Assembly (NCBI GenBank): GCA_963779415.1
Contig: CAVZYA010000002.1
Location: forward strand, 704,001-768,000
Direction: 5' to 3'
Length of the DNA: 64,000 nucleotides
DNA from: an uncultured Acidobacteriota bacterium
GTDB taxonomy: Bacteria > Acidobacteriota > Thermoanaerobaculia > UBA5066
Shown here: positions 18,451 to 29,367 of the stretch, one piece after another
How the letters are laid out: every line of letters starts with the position of its first letter
Numbering within the stretch: the first letter of the stretch is position 1
The notes under the pieces: model-generated
Told to the model about the DNA's origin: nothing
The model's database searches: none
The model's input: the letters and a program-made list of their open reading frames with translations, nothing else
Made by a program: the position numbers and the translations under genes

Positions 18451-19785
18451 CTACGGGAGGCCGAAGGTCAGCGTGTAGCCGTATCCGCCCCGGACGACGA
18501 CCATCACGAGGCTGTTTCGCCCGAAGCCGCCCTCGATGGCGCGGGAGAGGTCGTCGAGATTTCCGATCCGCTGGTTGTGGACGCTGTAGATCCGGTCGCC
18601 GCGCTCGATCCCCTTCCGGTCGGCGGGGGAGTTCACGGCGACGCCGGTAATGACGGCGCCGGAGCGGTCCTCGCGGACCGAGAGTCCGATCTCGCGGCGG
18701 AGAAGCGTCAGGCCGAGATCCCTCGGGGCGCGCGCCGTCGTGACGTGCACGGTCCGTTCGCGGCCGTCCCGCAGGAGCTCGACCGTGAGGCTCTTGCCGG
18801 GACCGAGAGAGGTGATCGCCGTGTCGAAGTCCTCGCGCGAGTCGACCCGCCGTCCGTTCGCCGAGACGACGACGTCGCCTTCGGAGACGCCGGCCTCGTC
18901 GGCAGGGGATCCGGGCCAGACCGACTTGACACGGAGCCCCTTCCCGCGGGCCGAGGGGCGGTCCTCGTCCACGATGGTCGTCCCGCGGACGCCGATCCAG
19001 ACCGGCTTGACCTCGCCGAAGGAGAGGAGCTCGCCGGTGATCCGACGGGCGCGCTCCACCGGGATCGCGAAGCCGATCGTGTTCGCCCCCCCGACGATGG
19101 CGGTGTTGATTCCGATGAGCTCTCCGAGGATGTTGGCGAGCGCCCCGCCGGAGTTTCCCGGATTGATGGCGGCGTCGGTCTGGATGAAGTCCGTGTAGGT
19201 CCGCCCCGCCTCCCCGCGAACGGTCCGCTGGACGGCCGAGACGATGCCGGTCGTGACGCTGTTCGCGAGGCCGAACGGGTTTCCGACGGCGATGACCGTT
19301 TCCCCGATCATCAGATCCGACGTCCTTCCCAGTCGTGCAGCCTTCAGCCCTTTCGCGTTCACGGAGAGGACGGCGAGATCGTTGTCGGCGTCCGCTCCCT
19401 TCACCTCCGCCTCGTACTCCTTCCCGTCCGCGGTCGTCACGACGATTCGCGAGGCCCCCTGGACGACGTGGTCGTTCGTGACGACGACGCCGTCCGGATC
19501 GATCACGACGCCCGAGCCGAGCGACTCGGTCCTCATGCCGCGTTCGCGGCGGTTCGGAAAGCCGAACGAAAAGAACTGCTCGAGCGGATCGGCGCGTCGG
19601 CGGACGATCCGTTCGGCGGAAATGTTCACGACGGCGGGGCCGATCTTCTCGACCGCCGCCACGACGGGCGTCCGCCGGGCCTCTGCCGGCGACGGGACCG
19701 GGGCCCCGGTCTGTGGCGGCGCGGCCGTCCCGGAGAGCGCCAGGGGGAGCAGAATGAGGGCCGGAGCGATGCGTTGAAACGACAT
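18451..19785 (-). CDS. HtrA/DegP-family serine protease with two PDZ domains
   Basis: Signal peptide, GSGVVI, TNDHVV, QTDAAINPGNSGG. Confidence 0.92.
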   Translation of the reverse strand: MSFQRIAPALILLPLALSGTAAPPQTGAPVPSPAEARRTPVVAAVEKIGPAVVNISAERIVRRRADPLEQFFSFGFPNRRERGMRTESLGSGVVIDPDGVVVTNDHVVQGASRIVVTTADGKEYEAEVKGADADNDLAVLSVNAKGLKAARLGRTSDLMIGETVIAVGNPFGLANSVTTGIVSAVQRTVRGEAGRTYTDFIQTDAAINPGNSGGALANILGELIGINTAIVGGANTIGFAIPVERARRITGELLSFGEVKPVWIGVRGTTIVDEDRPSARGKGLRVKSVWPGSPADEAGVSEGDVVVSANGRRVDSREDFDTAITSLGPGKSLTVELLRDGRERTVHVTTARAPRDLGLTLLRREIGLSVREDRSGAVITGVAVNSPADRKGIERGDRIYSVHNQRIGNLDDLSRAIEGGFGRNSLVMVVVRGGYGYTLTFGLP

Positions 19786-19890
19786 CCGCGGAAAGTTCCT
19801 TCCCGGAGTGTAATCAGGGCGCCGGGTGGGGCAACGTGGCGCCCCCTCGGGTCCGTGTAGCAAAGGCCCTGCCTGGAATCGGAGGATCGG

Positions 19891-20853
19891 ATGCGAATTG
19901 CCGCCGACATCACGAAGCTCATCGGCAACACGCCGCTCGTCCGGCTGAACCGCGTGACCGCCGGGATCGCCCCCGGGGCGACGGTGGCCGCAAAACTGGA
20001 GTTCTTCAACCCGGCGCACTCGGTCAAGGACCGGATCGGGGTCGCGATGATCGAGGCGATGGAGAAGGCGGGGAAGATCGAGGCGCACAAGACCGTTCTC
20101 GTCGAGCCGACCTCCGGGAACACCGGGATCGGGCTCGCCTTCGCCGCGGCCGCAAAGGGATACCGCCTCGTTCTGACGATGCCCGAGACGATGTCGGTCG
20201 AACGCCGGAAGGTGCTCAAGCTCCTCGGCGCCGAGGTCGTCCTGACGCCGGGCCCGCTCGGGATGAAGGGGGCCATCGCGAAGGCGAACGAGATCGTCGC
20301 GGAGCACGGGCCGAATGCGGTCATTCCGCAGCAGTTCGAGAACCCGGCGAACCCGGCCATCCACGAAGCGACGACGGCGGTCGAGCTCTGGAAGGACACC
20401 GACGGCAGCATGGACATTTTCGTGGTCGGCGTCGGGACGGGCGGGACGCTCACGGGCGTCGGACGGTACTGGAAGCCGAAACGCCCCGGCCTGAAGATCG
20501 TGGCCGTCGAGCCGACGAATTCGGCCGTCCTCTCCGGCGGCGCTCCCGGCCCGCACAAGATCCAGGGACTCGGCGCCGGCTTCATCCCGGCGAACCTCGA
20601 GGTCCGGTTCATGGACGAGGTCTTCCAGGTCTCGAACGAACAGGCCTTCGCGATGGCGCGCCGGCTGCCGCGGGAGGAGGGAATCCTCGGAGGGATCTCC
20701 TCGGGCGCGGCGGCGTACGCGGCGGTCGAGATCGCCAGGCGCCCGACGAGCGCCGGGAAGCTGATCGTCTTCGTCGTGCCGTCGACGTCGGAACGCTACA
20801 TTTCGACCGACTTGTTCAAGGAAGACGAACTGACCGGAACAGCGACCATCTGA
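19891..20853 (+). CDS. cysK: Cysteine synthase A
   Basis: [38 protein letters not shown]. Confidence 0.94.
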   Translation: MRIAADITKLIGNTPLVRLNRVTAGIAPGATVAAKLEFFNPAHSVKDRIGVAMIEAMEKAGKIEAHKTVLVEPTSGNTGIGLAFAAAAKGYRLVLTMPETMSVERRKVLKLLGAEVVLTPGPLGMKGAIAKANEIVAEHGPNAVIPQQFENPANPAIHEATTAVELWKDTDGSMDIFVVGVGTGGTLTGVGRYWKPKRPGLKIVAVEPTNSAVLSGGAPGPHKIQGLGAGFIPANLEVRFMDEVFQVSNEQAFAMARRLPREEGILGGISSGAAAYAAVEIARRPTSAGKLIVFVVPSTSERYISTDLFKEDELTGTATI

Positions 20854-20859
20854 GCTTCG

Positions 20860-21342
20860 CTATTTCTTTTTCACCTCGAGCGCGGGCTTCGGCGCACCGG
20901 CCTCGATCCTGATCTGCTTCGGCTTGGTCTCCTCGCGCTTCGGAAGGTCGACGGTGAGAACGCCGCTCGAGAAGCTCGCGGCGATCTTGTCCCCCTGGAC
21001 GCCCGCGGGGATGGCGAAGGAGCGGACGAACTTCCCGTAGCTCCGCTCCACGCGGTGGTAGTTCTCGTCTCCGCTCTCCTTCTCGAACTTCCGCTCCCCC
21101 TCGATCGTCAGGACACCGTCCTCGAAGCGGAGGTTGATCTGCTTCTCGTCGAAGCCCGGGAGCTCGGCCTTGAGCGTGATCTTGTCCTTGGTCTCGTAGA
21201 TGTCGACGGGGGGAACCCACGTCCCGGTGAAGAGTTCCTCCTCGCTCCGTGTGCGGGTGAGGGTCCCCTCGAACATCCGGTTCATCCGGTCCTGAAGGGC
21301 GGCGAGTTCACGGAAGGGGTCGTTCCAGCGAATGATGGCCAT
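20860..21342 (-). CDS. Hsp20 small heat-shock protein
   Basis: WVPPVDIYE, AELPG, ERSYGKFVRSF, GVLTVDLPK. Confidence 0.93.
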   Translation of the reverse strand: MAIIRWNDPFRELAALQDRMNRMFEGTLTRTRSEEELFTGTWVPPVDIYETKDKITLKAELPGFDEKQINLRFEDGVLTIEGERKFEKESGDENYHRVERSYGKFVRSFAIPAGVQGDKIAASFSSGVLTVDLPKREETKPKQIRIEAGAPKPALEVKKK

Positions 21343-21394
21343 CGGGTCCTCCTGGATCTCCGCGCCATCGTCGGCGCGGGGTATGAAAGCGGTC

Positions 21395-24022
21395 TTACGT
21401 CTTCTTTTTCTTCGTGGCGGCCGGCGTCTCCGCGCTGCGCAGCGCGAGCCGGCCGTCCTCGAGATCGAGGGTCAAGGACGCGCCGTCGCCGATCTCGCCG
21501 GCGAGGAGCTTCAGCGCCAGCGGGTCCTGGACGAGCTTCTGAAGGTTGCGCTTGAGCGGGCGGGCGCCGTAGACGGGGTCGTACGACTCGCGGGCGAGGA
21601 ACGTCCGCGCCGGCTCGGACCAGTCGAGGCGGACGCCCCGCGTGGCGACGATCTCGGCGACCCGCCGGAGCTGGATGTCGACGATCTTCTCCACGTCGGA
21701 GAGCGCGAGGCGGTGGAAGACGACGATGTCGTCGATCCGGTTGAGGAACTCGGGGCGGAAGTGGGCGCGCAGCGCCTCCTCGAGGATCCGCTTCTCCTCG
21801 CCGGGGCTGCGGGAAGACGAATCCGCGCCCGCCGAGATGAGGTCGCTCCCGACGTTCGACGTCATGATGACGACGGTGTTCTTGAAATCGACCGCGCGCC
21901 CCTTGCCGTCCGTCAGCCGGCCGTCGTCGAGCACCTGAAGAAGCGTCGACCAGACGTCCGGGTGCGCCTTCTCGACCTCGTCGAAGAGGATGACGGAATA
22001 GGGGTGACGGCGGACGGCCTCGGTCAGCTGGCCCCCCTCCTCGTATCCGACGTACCCCGGCGGGGCACCGATCATCCGGGAGATGGAGTGCTTCTCCTGG
22101 TACTCGGACATGTCGAGGCGGACCATCGCGTTCTCGTCGTCGAAGAGGAAATCGGCGAGAGCGCGCGCGAGCTCCGTCTTTCCGACGCCCGTGGGCCCGA
22201 GAAAGAGAAACGAGCCGACCGGGCGCTTCGGGTCCTTCATCCCCGCCCGGGCGCGCCGGACGGCGGCGGAGACGGCGTCCACGGCCTCGTCCTGCCCGAC
22301 GACGCGCCGCCTCAGGCGTTCGTCCATCTTCAGGAGCTTCTGCGTCTCCCCCTCGACCATCTTCGACACGGGGATTCCGGTCCACTTCGAGACGATCTGG
22401 GCAATGTCCTCCTCGTCCACCTTCTCGCGGAGGACGGCACCCCCCTTCTGGAGCTCCTCGAGACGGGCCGAGGCGGCGTCCAGATCCTTCTGGAGCTTCA
22501 GGAGCGTGCCGTAGCGAAGCTCGGCCGCCCGGCTCAGGTCTCCTCGGCGCTCGGCCTGCTCGGCGGCCAACTTCGTCTCGTCGACCGTCTTCTTCAGAGC
22601 GCGGATCGACGCAAGGGCGTCCTTTTCCGCCTTCCAGCGCGCCTTCATCGCGCCGGAGCGCTCCTTCATCTCGGCGAGCGTCTTCTCGACGGCCCGGAGG
22701 CGCTCCCTCGCGGGGCGCGCGTCGTCCTTCTCCAAGGCCTTCTTCTCGATCTCGGCCTGGAGGATCCTCCGCTCCACCTCGTCGATCTCGGTCGGAAGCG
22801 AGTCGATCTCCATCTTCAGCTTCGAGGCCGCCTCGTCGACGAGGTCGATGGCCTTGTCGGGGAGGAAGCGGTCGGAGATGTAGCGGTCCGAGAGGGTGGC
22901 CGCCGCGACGAGGGCGGCGTCGGTGATCTTGACGCCGTGGTGCAGCTCGTACCGTTCTGCGAGGCCGCGAAGGATGGCGATCGTGTCCTCGACCGAGGGC
23001 TCGCCGACGAGAACTGGCTGGAACCGGCGCTCGAGGGCGGGATCCTTCTCGACGTACTTGCGGTACTCGCCGACGGTGGTCGCGCCGATGGCGCGCAGCT
23101 CACCCCGCGCAAGGGCGGGCTTCAGCATGTTTCCGGCGTCCATTGCCCCTTCGGCCGCGCCGGCCCCGATGAGAGTGTGAAGCTCGTCGATGAAGAGGAT
23201 GACGCTCCCCTCCGACTCCTCGACTTCCTTCAGGACGGCCTTGAGTCGCTCCTCGAACTCGCCGCGGAATTTCGCGCCGGCCACCATGGCGCCGAGATCG
23301 AGCGCGACGACGCGCTTGTCCTTCAGGGTATCGGGGACATCCCCGGCCACGATGCGCCGGGCCAGCCCTTCGACGATGGCGGTCTTGCCGACGCCCGGAT
23401 CGCCGATCAGGACCGGGTTGTTCTTCGTCCGCCGCGTGAGGACCTGCATGATCCGGCGGATCTCGTCGTCGCGGCCGATGACGGGGTCGAGCTTCCCTCG
23501 GCGAGCGAGCTCGGTCAGGTCGCGCGCGTAGCGCTTGAGCGCCTGGTATTTCTCATCGGAGGCCGGGTCGGTCACGCGGGCCGAGCCGCGGACCTCCTTG
23601 AGGGCCGAAAGGAGCGAGGCTTCCGAGAGTCCGTGCTTCACGAAGAGCTTCGCCGCGGCCGACCTTCCGTCCCGGACGAGCGCGAGGAAAAGATGCTCGG
23701 CGGCGACGTAGTCGTCGCGGAACTCGCGGGCGATTTTCTCGGCGAGATCGACGAGCTTCACAAGAGGCGGCGAGAGCCGCGGTTCGTTTCCATCGCCCGT
23801 GACGCGCGGGAGCCTGGCGAGCGCGGCTTCGAGGTCTGCCGCGACGGCCGGGGCTGCGACGCCGATCCGGCCGAGAATGGCCGGCACTGTCCCCCCCTCC
23901 TGCTCGACGAGGGCGAGTGCAAGGTGCTCGGACGTCAGCTCGGGATGACCTTCCTCACGCCCCAGCTGGGCCGCTCGCTGAATGGCTTCCTGCGCCTTCA
24001 AGGTGAACCGGTCGAGGTTCAT
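21395..24022 (-). CDS. clpB: ATP-dependent chaperone ClpB
   Basis: [18 protein letters not shown], coiled-coil M domain, [16 protein letters not shown]. Confidence 0.96.
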   Translation of the reverse strand: MNLDRFTLKAQEAIQRAAQLGREEGHPELTSEHLALALVEQEGGTVPAILGRIGVAAPAVAADLEAALARLPRVTGDGNEPRLSPPLVKLVDLAEKIAREFRDDYVAAEHLFLALVRDGRSAAAKLFVKHGLSEASLLSALKEVRGSARVTDPASDEKYQALKRYARDLTELARRGKLDPVIGRDDEIRRIMQVLTRRTKNNPVLIGDPGVGKTAIVEGLARRIVAGDVPDTLKDKRVVALDLGAMVAGAKFRGEFEERLKAVLKEVEESEGSVILFIDELHTLIGAGAAEGAMDAGNMLKPALARGELRAIGATTVGEYRKYVEKDPALERRFQPVLVGEPSVEDTIAILRGLAERYELHHGVKITDAALVAAATLSDRYISDRFLPDKAIDLVDEAASKLKMEIDSLPTEIDEVERRILQAEIEKKALEKDDARPARERLRAVEKTLAEMKERSGAMKARWKAEKDALASIRALKKTVDETKLAAEQAERRGDLSRAAELRYGTLLKLQKDLDAASARLEELQKGGAVLREKVDEEDIAQIVSKWTGIPVSKMVEGETQKLLKMDERLRRRVVGQDEAVDAVSAAVRRARAGMKDPKRPVGSFLFLGPTGVGKTELARALADFLFDDENAMVRLDMSEYQEKHSISRMIGAPPGYVGYEEGGQLTEAVRRHPYSVILFDEVEKAHPDVWSTLLQVLDDGRLTDGKGRAVDFKNTVVIMTSNVGSDLISAGADSSSRSPGEEKRILEEALRAHFRPEFLNRIDDIVVFHRLALSDVEKIVDIQLRRVAEIVATRGVRLDWSEPARTFLARESYDPVYGARPLKRNLQKLVQDPLALKLLAGEIGDGASLTLDLEDGRLALRSAETPAATKKKKT

Positions 24023-24030
24023 ACGTCGAC

Positions 24031-24059
24031 AATCTAGAATCTTATGTCATCATTGTCAA
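24031..24059 (-). promoter_or_regulatory. sigma70-type promoter of clpB-hsp20
   Basis: Minus strand TTGACA-17 nt-TAGATT, 8 nt before the ATG. Confidence 0.8.
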
Positions 24060-24136
24060 GTAGTTTTCTACATCTGCGATGTAGATATTTCTAAGATATA
24101 TGAAAACTAATATCTTATTAAAGAGATAAGAGGCCC

Positions 24137-24967
24137 CTACTTGATCTCTTTCTTTCTTCCCCACAGAGAATCGATCTCTCCTGCCTCTCGGAAGCCCTTC
24201 TCCCGAAGGAGACACGAGTCGCAAGCACCGCAGGGGGTGCCGTTCGTCGCCGGGTCGTAACAGGAGGAGGTGAGGGAAGTGTCGAGACCGAGGGCGCATG
24301 CGAGCCTCACGATCTCCGCCTTCGTCATCCGGAGGAGGGGCGCACGGATCGAGAGAGACCGCCCTTCCGCGCCGGCTTTCGTCCCGAGCCTCGCCGTTCT
24401 CTCGAACGCTCGGAGGAACGGCGGCCGGCAATCGGGATAACCGGAGGTGTCGAGAGCATTCGCCCCGATGACGATCTCCGTCGCCCCGGTCCTCTCGGCC
24501 ACGGCGAGGGCGAACGAGAGAAAGAGCGTGTTTCGCGCCGGGACGTACGTGACGGGGATCGCCGTCCTCCCGAGCCTGTTTTTCGGGACGGCGATTCGCC
24601 GGTCGGTCAGGGCCGAGCCGCCGATCGCTCCGAGATCGGGAAGGTGAAGGACACGGTGCGAAGCGGCGCGATATGTCCGGGCCAGCCGCTTCGCCGCGCG
24701 AAGCTCGACGCGGTGCCGCTGGCCGTAATCGAACGAGACGGCGTGAACGGTCCAGCCCCAGCGCGAAAGAAGCGCGAGGCAGGTGCCGCTGTCGAGCCCG
24801 CCGGAGAGAAGCAGCACGGCCGTCCTCGGACCCCCGACCGGCACAGAGGAGATCGCCGCACCGGGTCTTCTCTGAAGGTGAACAGGGTGGGAGCTGCTCG
24901 AACGCGAGGCGTCGCGTGAGGCGCCTGCTCTCCTTCCTTTCGAAGAACTCTTCGGTCTCTTTCTCAT
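24137..24967 (-). CDS. queC: 7-cyano-7-deazaguanine synthase
   Basis: LLSGGLDS, FDYGQRH, TYVPARN, GYPDCR, SCY..CGACDSC; exact start uncertain. Confidence 0.93.
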   Translation of the reverse strand: MRKRPKSSSKGRRAGASRDASRSSSSHPVHLQRRPGAAISSVPVGGPRTAVLLLSGGLDSGTCLALLSRWGWTVHAVSFDYGQRHRVELRAAKRLARTYRAASHRVLHLPDLGAIGGSALTDRRIAVPKNRLGRTAIPVTYVPARNTLFLSFALAVAERTGATEIVIGANALDTSGYPDCRPPFLRAFERTARLGTKAGAEGRSLSIRAPLLRMTKAEIVRLACALGLDTSLTSSCYDPATNGTPCGACDSCLLREKGFREAGEIDSLWGRKKEIK

Positions 24968-25632
24968 GTTCCGGGTTTGTCTCCCCAGAGGAGCTTGTGG
25001 ATCTGGAGATTGAGCCTGAGCTTTCTGTCGGAGTCCCGCACCCACTCGGCGACCCTGGCGGCGACAGAGGATCGGTCGCCTTCGAAGACGGGGGAGATGA
25101 GGACGGTGTGCTTCTCGTCGAGGCCATGCCGCGTGACGAGGTCGAGCGCGAAGTCGAAATCGCGCCGGTCGGCCACGACGAACTTCACCTCGTCGCGCGG
25201 CCCGAGCCGCGAGAGGTTTGAAAGATCGTTCGCGGCCGCCATCCCCGAGCCAGGGCACTTCACGTCGAGGATCTTCACGACGCGCGGATCGACGCGGTCG
25301 ACCGGGACGTGGCCGCCCGTCTCGACGAGGACCGTGTAGCCGCGTTCGCAGAGGGCGGTGGCGAGGGGGTAGAACCCTTCCTGCTCGAGCGGCTCGCCGC
25401 CCGTGATCTCGACGAGGGAGACGCGGAGGGCGGCGACTTCCTCGAGAACGGCGTCGATGGAAAGGCCGGTCCCGCCGGAGAAGGTGTAGGCCGAGTCGCA
25501 CCAGACGCACCGGAGGGCGCAGCCCGTCAGCCGGACGAACGTGCAGGGGAGGCCGGACCATGTCGACTCCCCCTGGAGGCTCCGGAAGATCTCCGTCACG
25601 ACAACGCCGGCTTCTGCAGTCCGATCCGCCAT
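24964..25632 (-). CDS. queE: 7-carboxy-7-deazaguanine synthase (radical SAM)
   Basis: EIFRSLQGE, RLTGCALRCVWCDS, TGGEPL, LQIHK. Confidence 0.93.
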   Translation of the reverse strand: MADRTAEAGVVVTEIFRSLQGESTWSGLPCTFVRLTGCALRCVWCDSAYTFSGGTGLSIDAVLEEVAALRVSLVEITGGEPLEQEGFYPLATALCERGYTVLVETGGHVPVDRVDPRVVKILDVKCPGSGMAAANDLSNLSRLGPRDEVKFVVADRRDFDFALDLVTRHGLDEKHTVLISPVFEGDRSSVAARVAEWVRDSDRKLRLNLQIHKLLWGDKPGT

Positions 25633-25668
25633 TCAAAGAGAGTACGACGGGGCATCGATAATGGCCTC

Positions 25669-26442
25669 GTGCGAATCCGGCTCGACCTCGCCTATCTCGG
25701 GACCTTCTTCGAAGGGTGGCAGGCTCAGGAGACCCTGCGGGACGGCGTAAGGCCGCGGACGGTTCAGGGCGTCCTGGAAGGTTCTCTGAGGGAGATTCTG
25801 AAGGCGGACGTCCGCGTCCACGGAGCGGGGCGCACCGACTCCGGCGTGCATGCCGAAGCCCAGGTCGCCCATTTCGACCTGCCCGAGGGGGCGCCCCTCC
25901 TCCCTTCCGGAAATCTCTCTCGGGCCCTGAACACGAAGCTCCCCTGGGACGTGCGGGTCCTCTCGGTCTCGGAAGTCGCTTCGGACTTCCACGCCCGCCG
26001 CCGGGCGACCGGAAAGATCTACGTCTACCGGGTTCGGCGGGGCGGGTTCCTTCCGCCGCACGCGGGCCTCGTGGAAGCGCTCGCGAGAGAGCCGCTCGAC
26101 GTCTTGGCGATGCGCGAGGCCGCGCGTCTCCTCGTCGGGCGCCGCGACTTCGCGCCGTTCTCGATCACGGGCTCCGATCCGGGAACGACCGTCCGGACCC
26201 TGGCCCGGCTCGACGTGGCCGAGGAGGGAGATCTCCTCGTCGTCACGGCCGTCGGCGACGGATTTCTTCGCGGGATGGTGCGGCGGCTCGTCGGGACGCT
26301 GCGCGAGGTCGGTCGGGGGAAGATCGCGCCCGGCGAGGCGCCGGAGCGGCCGGGCCCGACGGCGGAAGCGCGGGGGCTGACGCTCGTGCGCGTCCTCTAC
26401 CCGCCCGAGCGGCTCCCGGACGGGGCCGCGGGGCCGGGATAG
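25669..26442 (+). CDS. truA: tRNA pseudouridine(38-40) synthase
   Basis: GWQAQ, GAGRTDSGVHA, FHAR, FLRGMVR. Confidence 0.93.
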   Translation: MRIRLDLAYLGTFFEGWQAQETLRDGVRPRTVQGVLEGSLREILKADVRVHGAGRTDSGVHAEAQVAHFDLPEGAPLLPSGNLSRALNTKLPWDVRVLSVSEVASDFHARRRATGKIYVYRVRRGGFLPPHAGLVEALAREPLDVLAMREAARLLVGRRDFAPFSITGSDPGTTVRTLARLDVAEEGDLLVVTAVGDGFLRGMVRRLVGTLREVGRGKIAPGEAPERPGPTAEARGLTLVRVLYPPERLPDGAAGPG

Positions 26443-26451
26443 AATCATCGG

Positions 26452-27313
26452 ATGGGCCTTTCCGGCGTCCGGGAGCCGCGTGACGCGATGATCGACAAGG
26501 ATCTCCTCGCCTCGCCCGGCACGCCGGAGCGCGCGATCCTCGAAGGGCTCGACCTCGCCCGCCTCCCTCGCCACGTCGCCGTCATCATGGACGGAAACGG
26601 CCGCTGGGCGCAGCAGCGCCGGCTTCCACGCGTCGAAGGGCACCGCTCCGGAATCCACTCCGTCCGGGAGACGGTCGAGACGGCGGCGCGCCTCGGGCTC
26701 GAGGCCCTGACGCTCTACGCCTTCTCGACGGAGAACTGGAAGCGGCCCCGCCTCGAGGTCGCGACGCTGATGGCCCTCCTGAAGGAGTGGCTCGCGCGCG
26801 AGCTCGACACGCTTCTCGAGAACGACATCCGGTTCCGCGTCGTCGGGCGGATGGAGGGCCTCGACGTCTCCGTCGTCCGCGAGCTGAGGAAGGCGCTCGA
26901 CGCGACGTCGCGGTGCCGGGGGATGGTCTTCAACATCGCGCTCAACTATTCGGGACGGGCCGAACTCGCCGACGCGATGCGCGCGCTCGCCGAGGACGTG
27001 GCCTCGGCGACGACTCCGCCCGTCCGAGATCGACGAGGCGGCCGTGGAGGCGAAGCTCTACACGGCCGGCCTGCCCGACCCCGACCTCCTGATCCGGACG
27101 AGCGGCGAGATGCGGGTCTCGAACTTCCTTCTCTGGCAGATCGCTTACTCGGAGATCCACGTCACGCCGGTACTCTGGCCCGACTTTCGAGCCCGCCATT
27201 TCTTCGAGGCGATCGCCGACTACCAGAAGCGCGAGCGCCGCTACGGAGGCGTCCTCGAGCCCGAGCCCACGGAAGCGCCGGCCCTCGCGCCGCCCGCGGC
27301 GGCGTCGCGGTGA
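26452..27313 (+). CDS. uppS: Isoprenyl (undecaprenyl diphosphate) synthase, frameshifted near 27010
   Basis: [31 protein letters not shown] in the first frame; [22 protein letters not shown] in the next frame. Confidence 0.9.
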
Positions 27314-27338
27314 CGGCGCGCTCGGCCGGAGCGCCGGC

Positions 27339-28147
27339 TTGAGGTATACGCGGGAACTGACGGCGGCCGTCCTGATCCCGGCGGTCCTCGCGATCCTCGT
27401 CTTCGCGCCCCTCTGGGCCTGGGCGCTCCTCGTCGCCGTCGCCGCGGGGCTTGCGCTCGCGGAGTTCTACCGGCTCCTCCGGGCGGCAGGATGGGTGGTC
27501 CCCGAGGCCGCGGGCTTCGCCGTCTTCGCCGCGATCGCGGCGTCCGCATGGCTCCGGTCGGTCCCGGGGCTCGTGGGAGGCGCGGCTGCCGGGCTCGTCC
27601 TCCTCCCGACGCTCGTGATGTTCTCGTCGCCGCCGGCCGGCGTCCTTCTCGCCTCCTCGGCGTCGTCGGTCTTCTCGACGCTCTACGTCGCCCTCGGCGC
27701 GGCCTCCGTGATCGTCCTTAGGAGCCTGAGCTGGCGCCCCGTCCTCTTCCTTCTCGCGGTCGTCTGGGCGAGCGACTCGGCGGCCTACTACGTGGGACGT
27801 CGCTTCGGCCGGCGGAAGCTCGCGCCCGTCGTCAGCCCGAAGAAGACGATCGAGGGGCTCTGGGGCCAGCTCGGCGCGGGAATCGTCGTCGGGACTCCTC
27901 GCCCCGGTCCTTCTCTTTCCTTCCGGAAACCCGCTCTTCCTCGCGCTTCTCGGACTCGCCGTCGCGGGGCTCGCGGTCGTAGGCGACCTTCTCGAGTCGA
28001 CGCTTCAAGCGGAGCTGCGACGTGAAGGATTCGGGAGGCCTCCTTCCCGGCCACGGCGGGCTCCTCGACCGGCTCGATTCGCTTCTCTATGTCGCGCCTC
28101 CGGCCCTTGCCGTCGCGCTCTACCTGCCAGAGGTCCTGCCTTCGTGA
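27339..28147 (+). CDS. cdsA: Phosphatidate cytidylyltransferase, frameshifted in 27895-28010
   Basis: [19 protein letters not shown] in one frame; [20 protein letters not shown] in another frame, ending at TGA 28147. Confidence 0.88.
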
Positions 28148-29346
28148 CGGCGGTGAAGAAACGGATCGCCCTCATGGGAGCAACGGGGTCGATCGGAGAC
28201 TCCGCTCTCTCGGTCGTGTCTCACTTTCCCGACCGGTTCGAGATCGTCTCGATGGCCGCGGGCTCGCGGATCGAGAAGCTCCTTCCCGCCATCGCGGCGC
28301 ACCGGCCGAAGGTGGTCTCGGTCCGGACGAGGGAGGACGCATCGCGTCTTCGCGCCGAGTTTCCCGGGATCGCGGTCGGCTGGGGAGCGCAGGGGCTCGT
28401 CGACGTCGCGACGCACCCGGAGGCCGACGTCGTCCTCGGCGCGCTCGTCGGGTCGGTCGGCCTCGCGTCGTCCTACGCGGCCGCGAGGCTCGGCAAGCGG
28501 CTCGCCCTCGCGAACAAGGAGACGCTGGTCGTCGCTGGGGAGCTGGTCATGGCCGCCGCGCGCGCCTCGGGCGGCGAGGTGATCCCGGTCGACTCCGAGC
28601 ACTGCGCCCTCCATCAGGCGCTCCGGTGCGGGACCGCGCTCGAGGTCTCGAAGCTGATCCTGACGGCCTCGGGCGGGCCGTTCCGGACCCGTCCTCTCGG
28701 GACGTTCGGGGCCATCTCCGTCGAGGACGCCCTCGCCCACCCGACCTGGAAGATGGGACCGAAGATCACGATCGACTCGGCCACGATGATGAACAAGGGG
28801 CTCGAGGTGATCGAGGCCCGCTGGCTCTTCGACGTCCCGGCCGAGCGGATCGAGGTGCTCCTCCACCCGCAGTCGATCGTCCACTCGATCGTGGAGTGGG
28901 TGGACGGCTCCCTCATCGCGCAGATGTCGCCGAACGACATGCGCTTCCCGGTCCTCTACGCCCTCACCTTCCCGGAGCGCGTCCCGACGCCGCTTGCGAA
29001 GCTGGATCTTCCGGCGCTCCGGACCCTGGAGTTCCACCGGGCGGAGACGGAGCGTTACCCCGCGCTGGCCCTCGCTTACGAAGCGATCGCGACAGGGGGC
29101 TCGGCGCCCGCGATCCTGAACGCCGCCAACGAAGTGGCCGTCGAGGCCTTCCTCGAAGGGCGGATCCCGTTTCCGGCGATCGTCGAGACGACGGCCCGGG
29201 TCCTCTCGCGCCACGCCCCCGCCCCGCCCCGGAGCGTCGAGGAGGCGCTGGAGGTCGATGACTGGGCGCGGAAGGCCGCCCGTGAGATCCTTCCCGCCCT
29301 CGGGCGGCCGTCTCCGGCGGGAACCGGCGGCGCCGCCCGGTCGTAG
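28144..29346 (+). CDS. dxr: 1-deoxy-D-xylulose 5-phosphate reductoisomerase
   Basis: [41 protein letters not shown]. Confidence 0.95.
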   Translation: MTAVKKRIALMGATGSIGDSALSVVSHFPDRFEIVSMAAGSRIEKLLPAIAAHRPKVVSVRTREDASRLRAEFPGIAVGWGAQGLVDVATHPEADVVLGALVGSVGLASSYAAARLGKRLALANKETLVVAGELVMAAARASGGEVIPVDSEHCALHQALRCGTALEVSKLILTASGGPFRTRPLGTFGAISVEDALAHPTWKMGPKITIDSATMMNKGLEVIEARWLFDVPAERIEVLLHPQSIVHSIVEWVDGSLIAQMSPNDMRFPVLYALTFPERVPTPLAKLDLPALRTLEFHRAETERYPALALAYEAIATGGSAPAILNAANEVAVEAFLEGRIPFPAIVETTARVLSRHAPAPPRSVEEALEVDDWARKAAREILPALGRPSPAGTGGAARS

Positions 29347-29367
29347 AGTGAAGGGGCCTCCCGACGC

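Noticed and set aside
24028-24052. dif-like sequence (CTAGAA..TTATGT)
   Set aside because: Only 2 nt between the arms instead of 6, and the segment is explained by the clpB promoter.
24040-24060. HspR HAIR or HrcA CIRCE operator at clpB
   Set aside because: CTTATGT...GTCAAG is only a loose match with the wrong spacing, and no CIRCE is present.
24137-25668. preQ1 riboswitch or 7-deazaguanine DNA-modification island around queCE/queD
   Set aside because: Only 36 nt separate the divergent queE and truA, and there are no dpd genes. Ordinary queuosine synthesis is sufficient.
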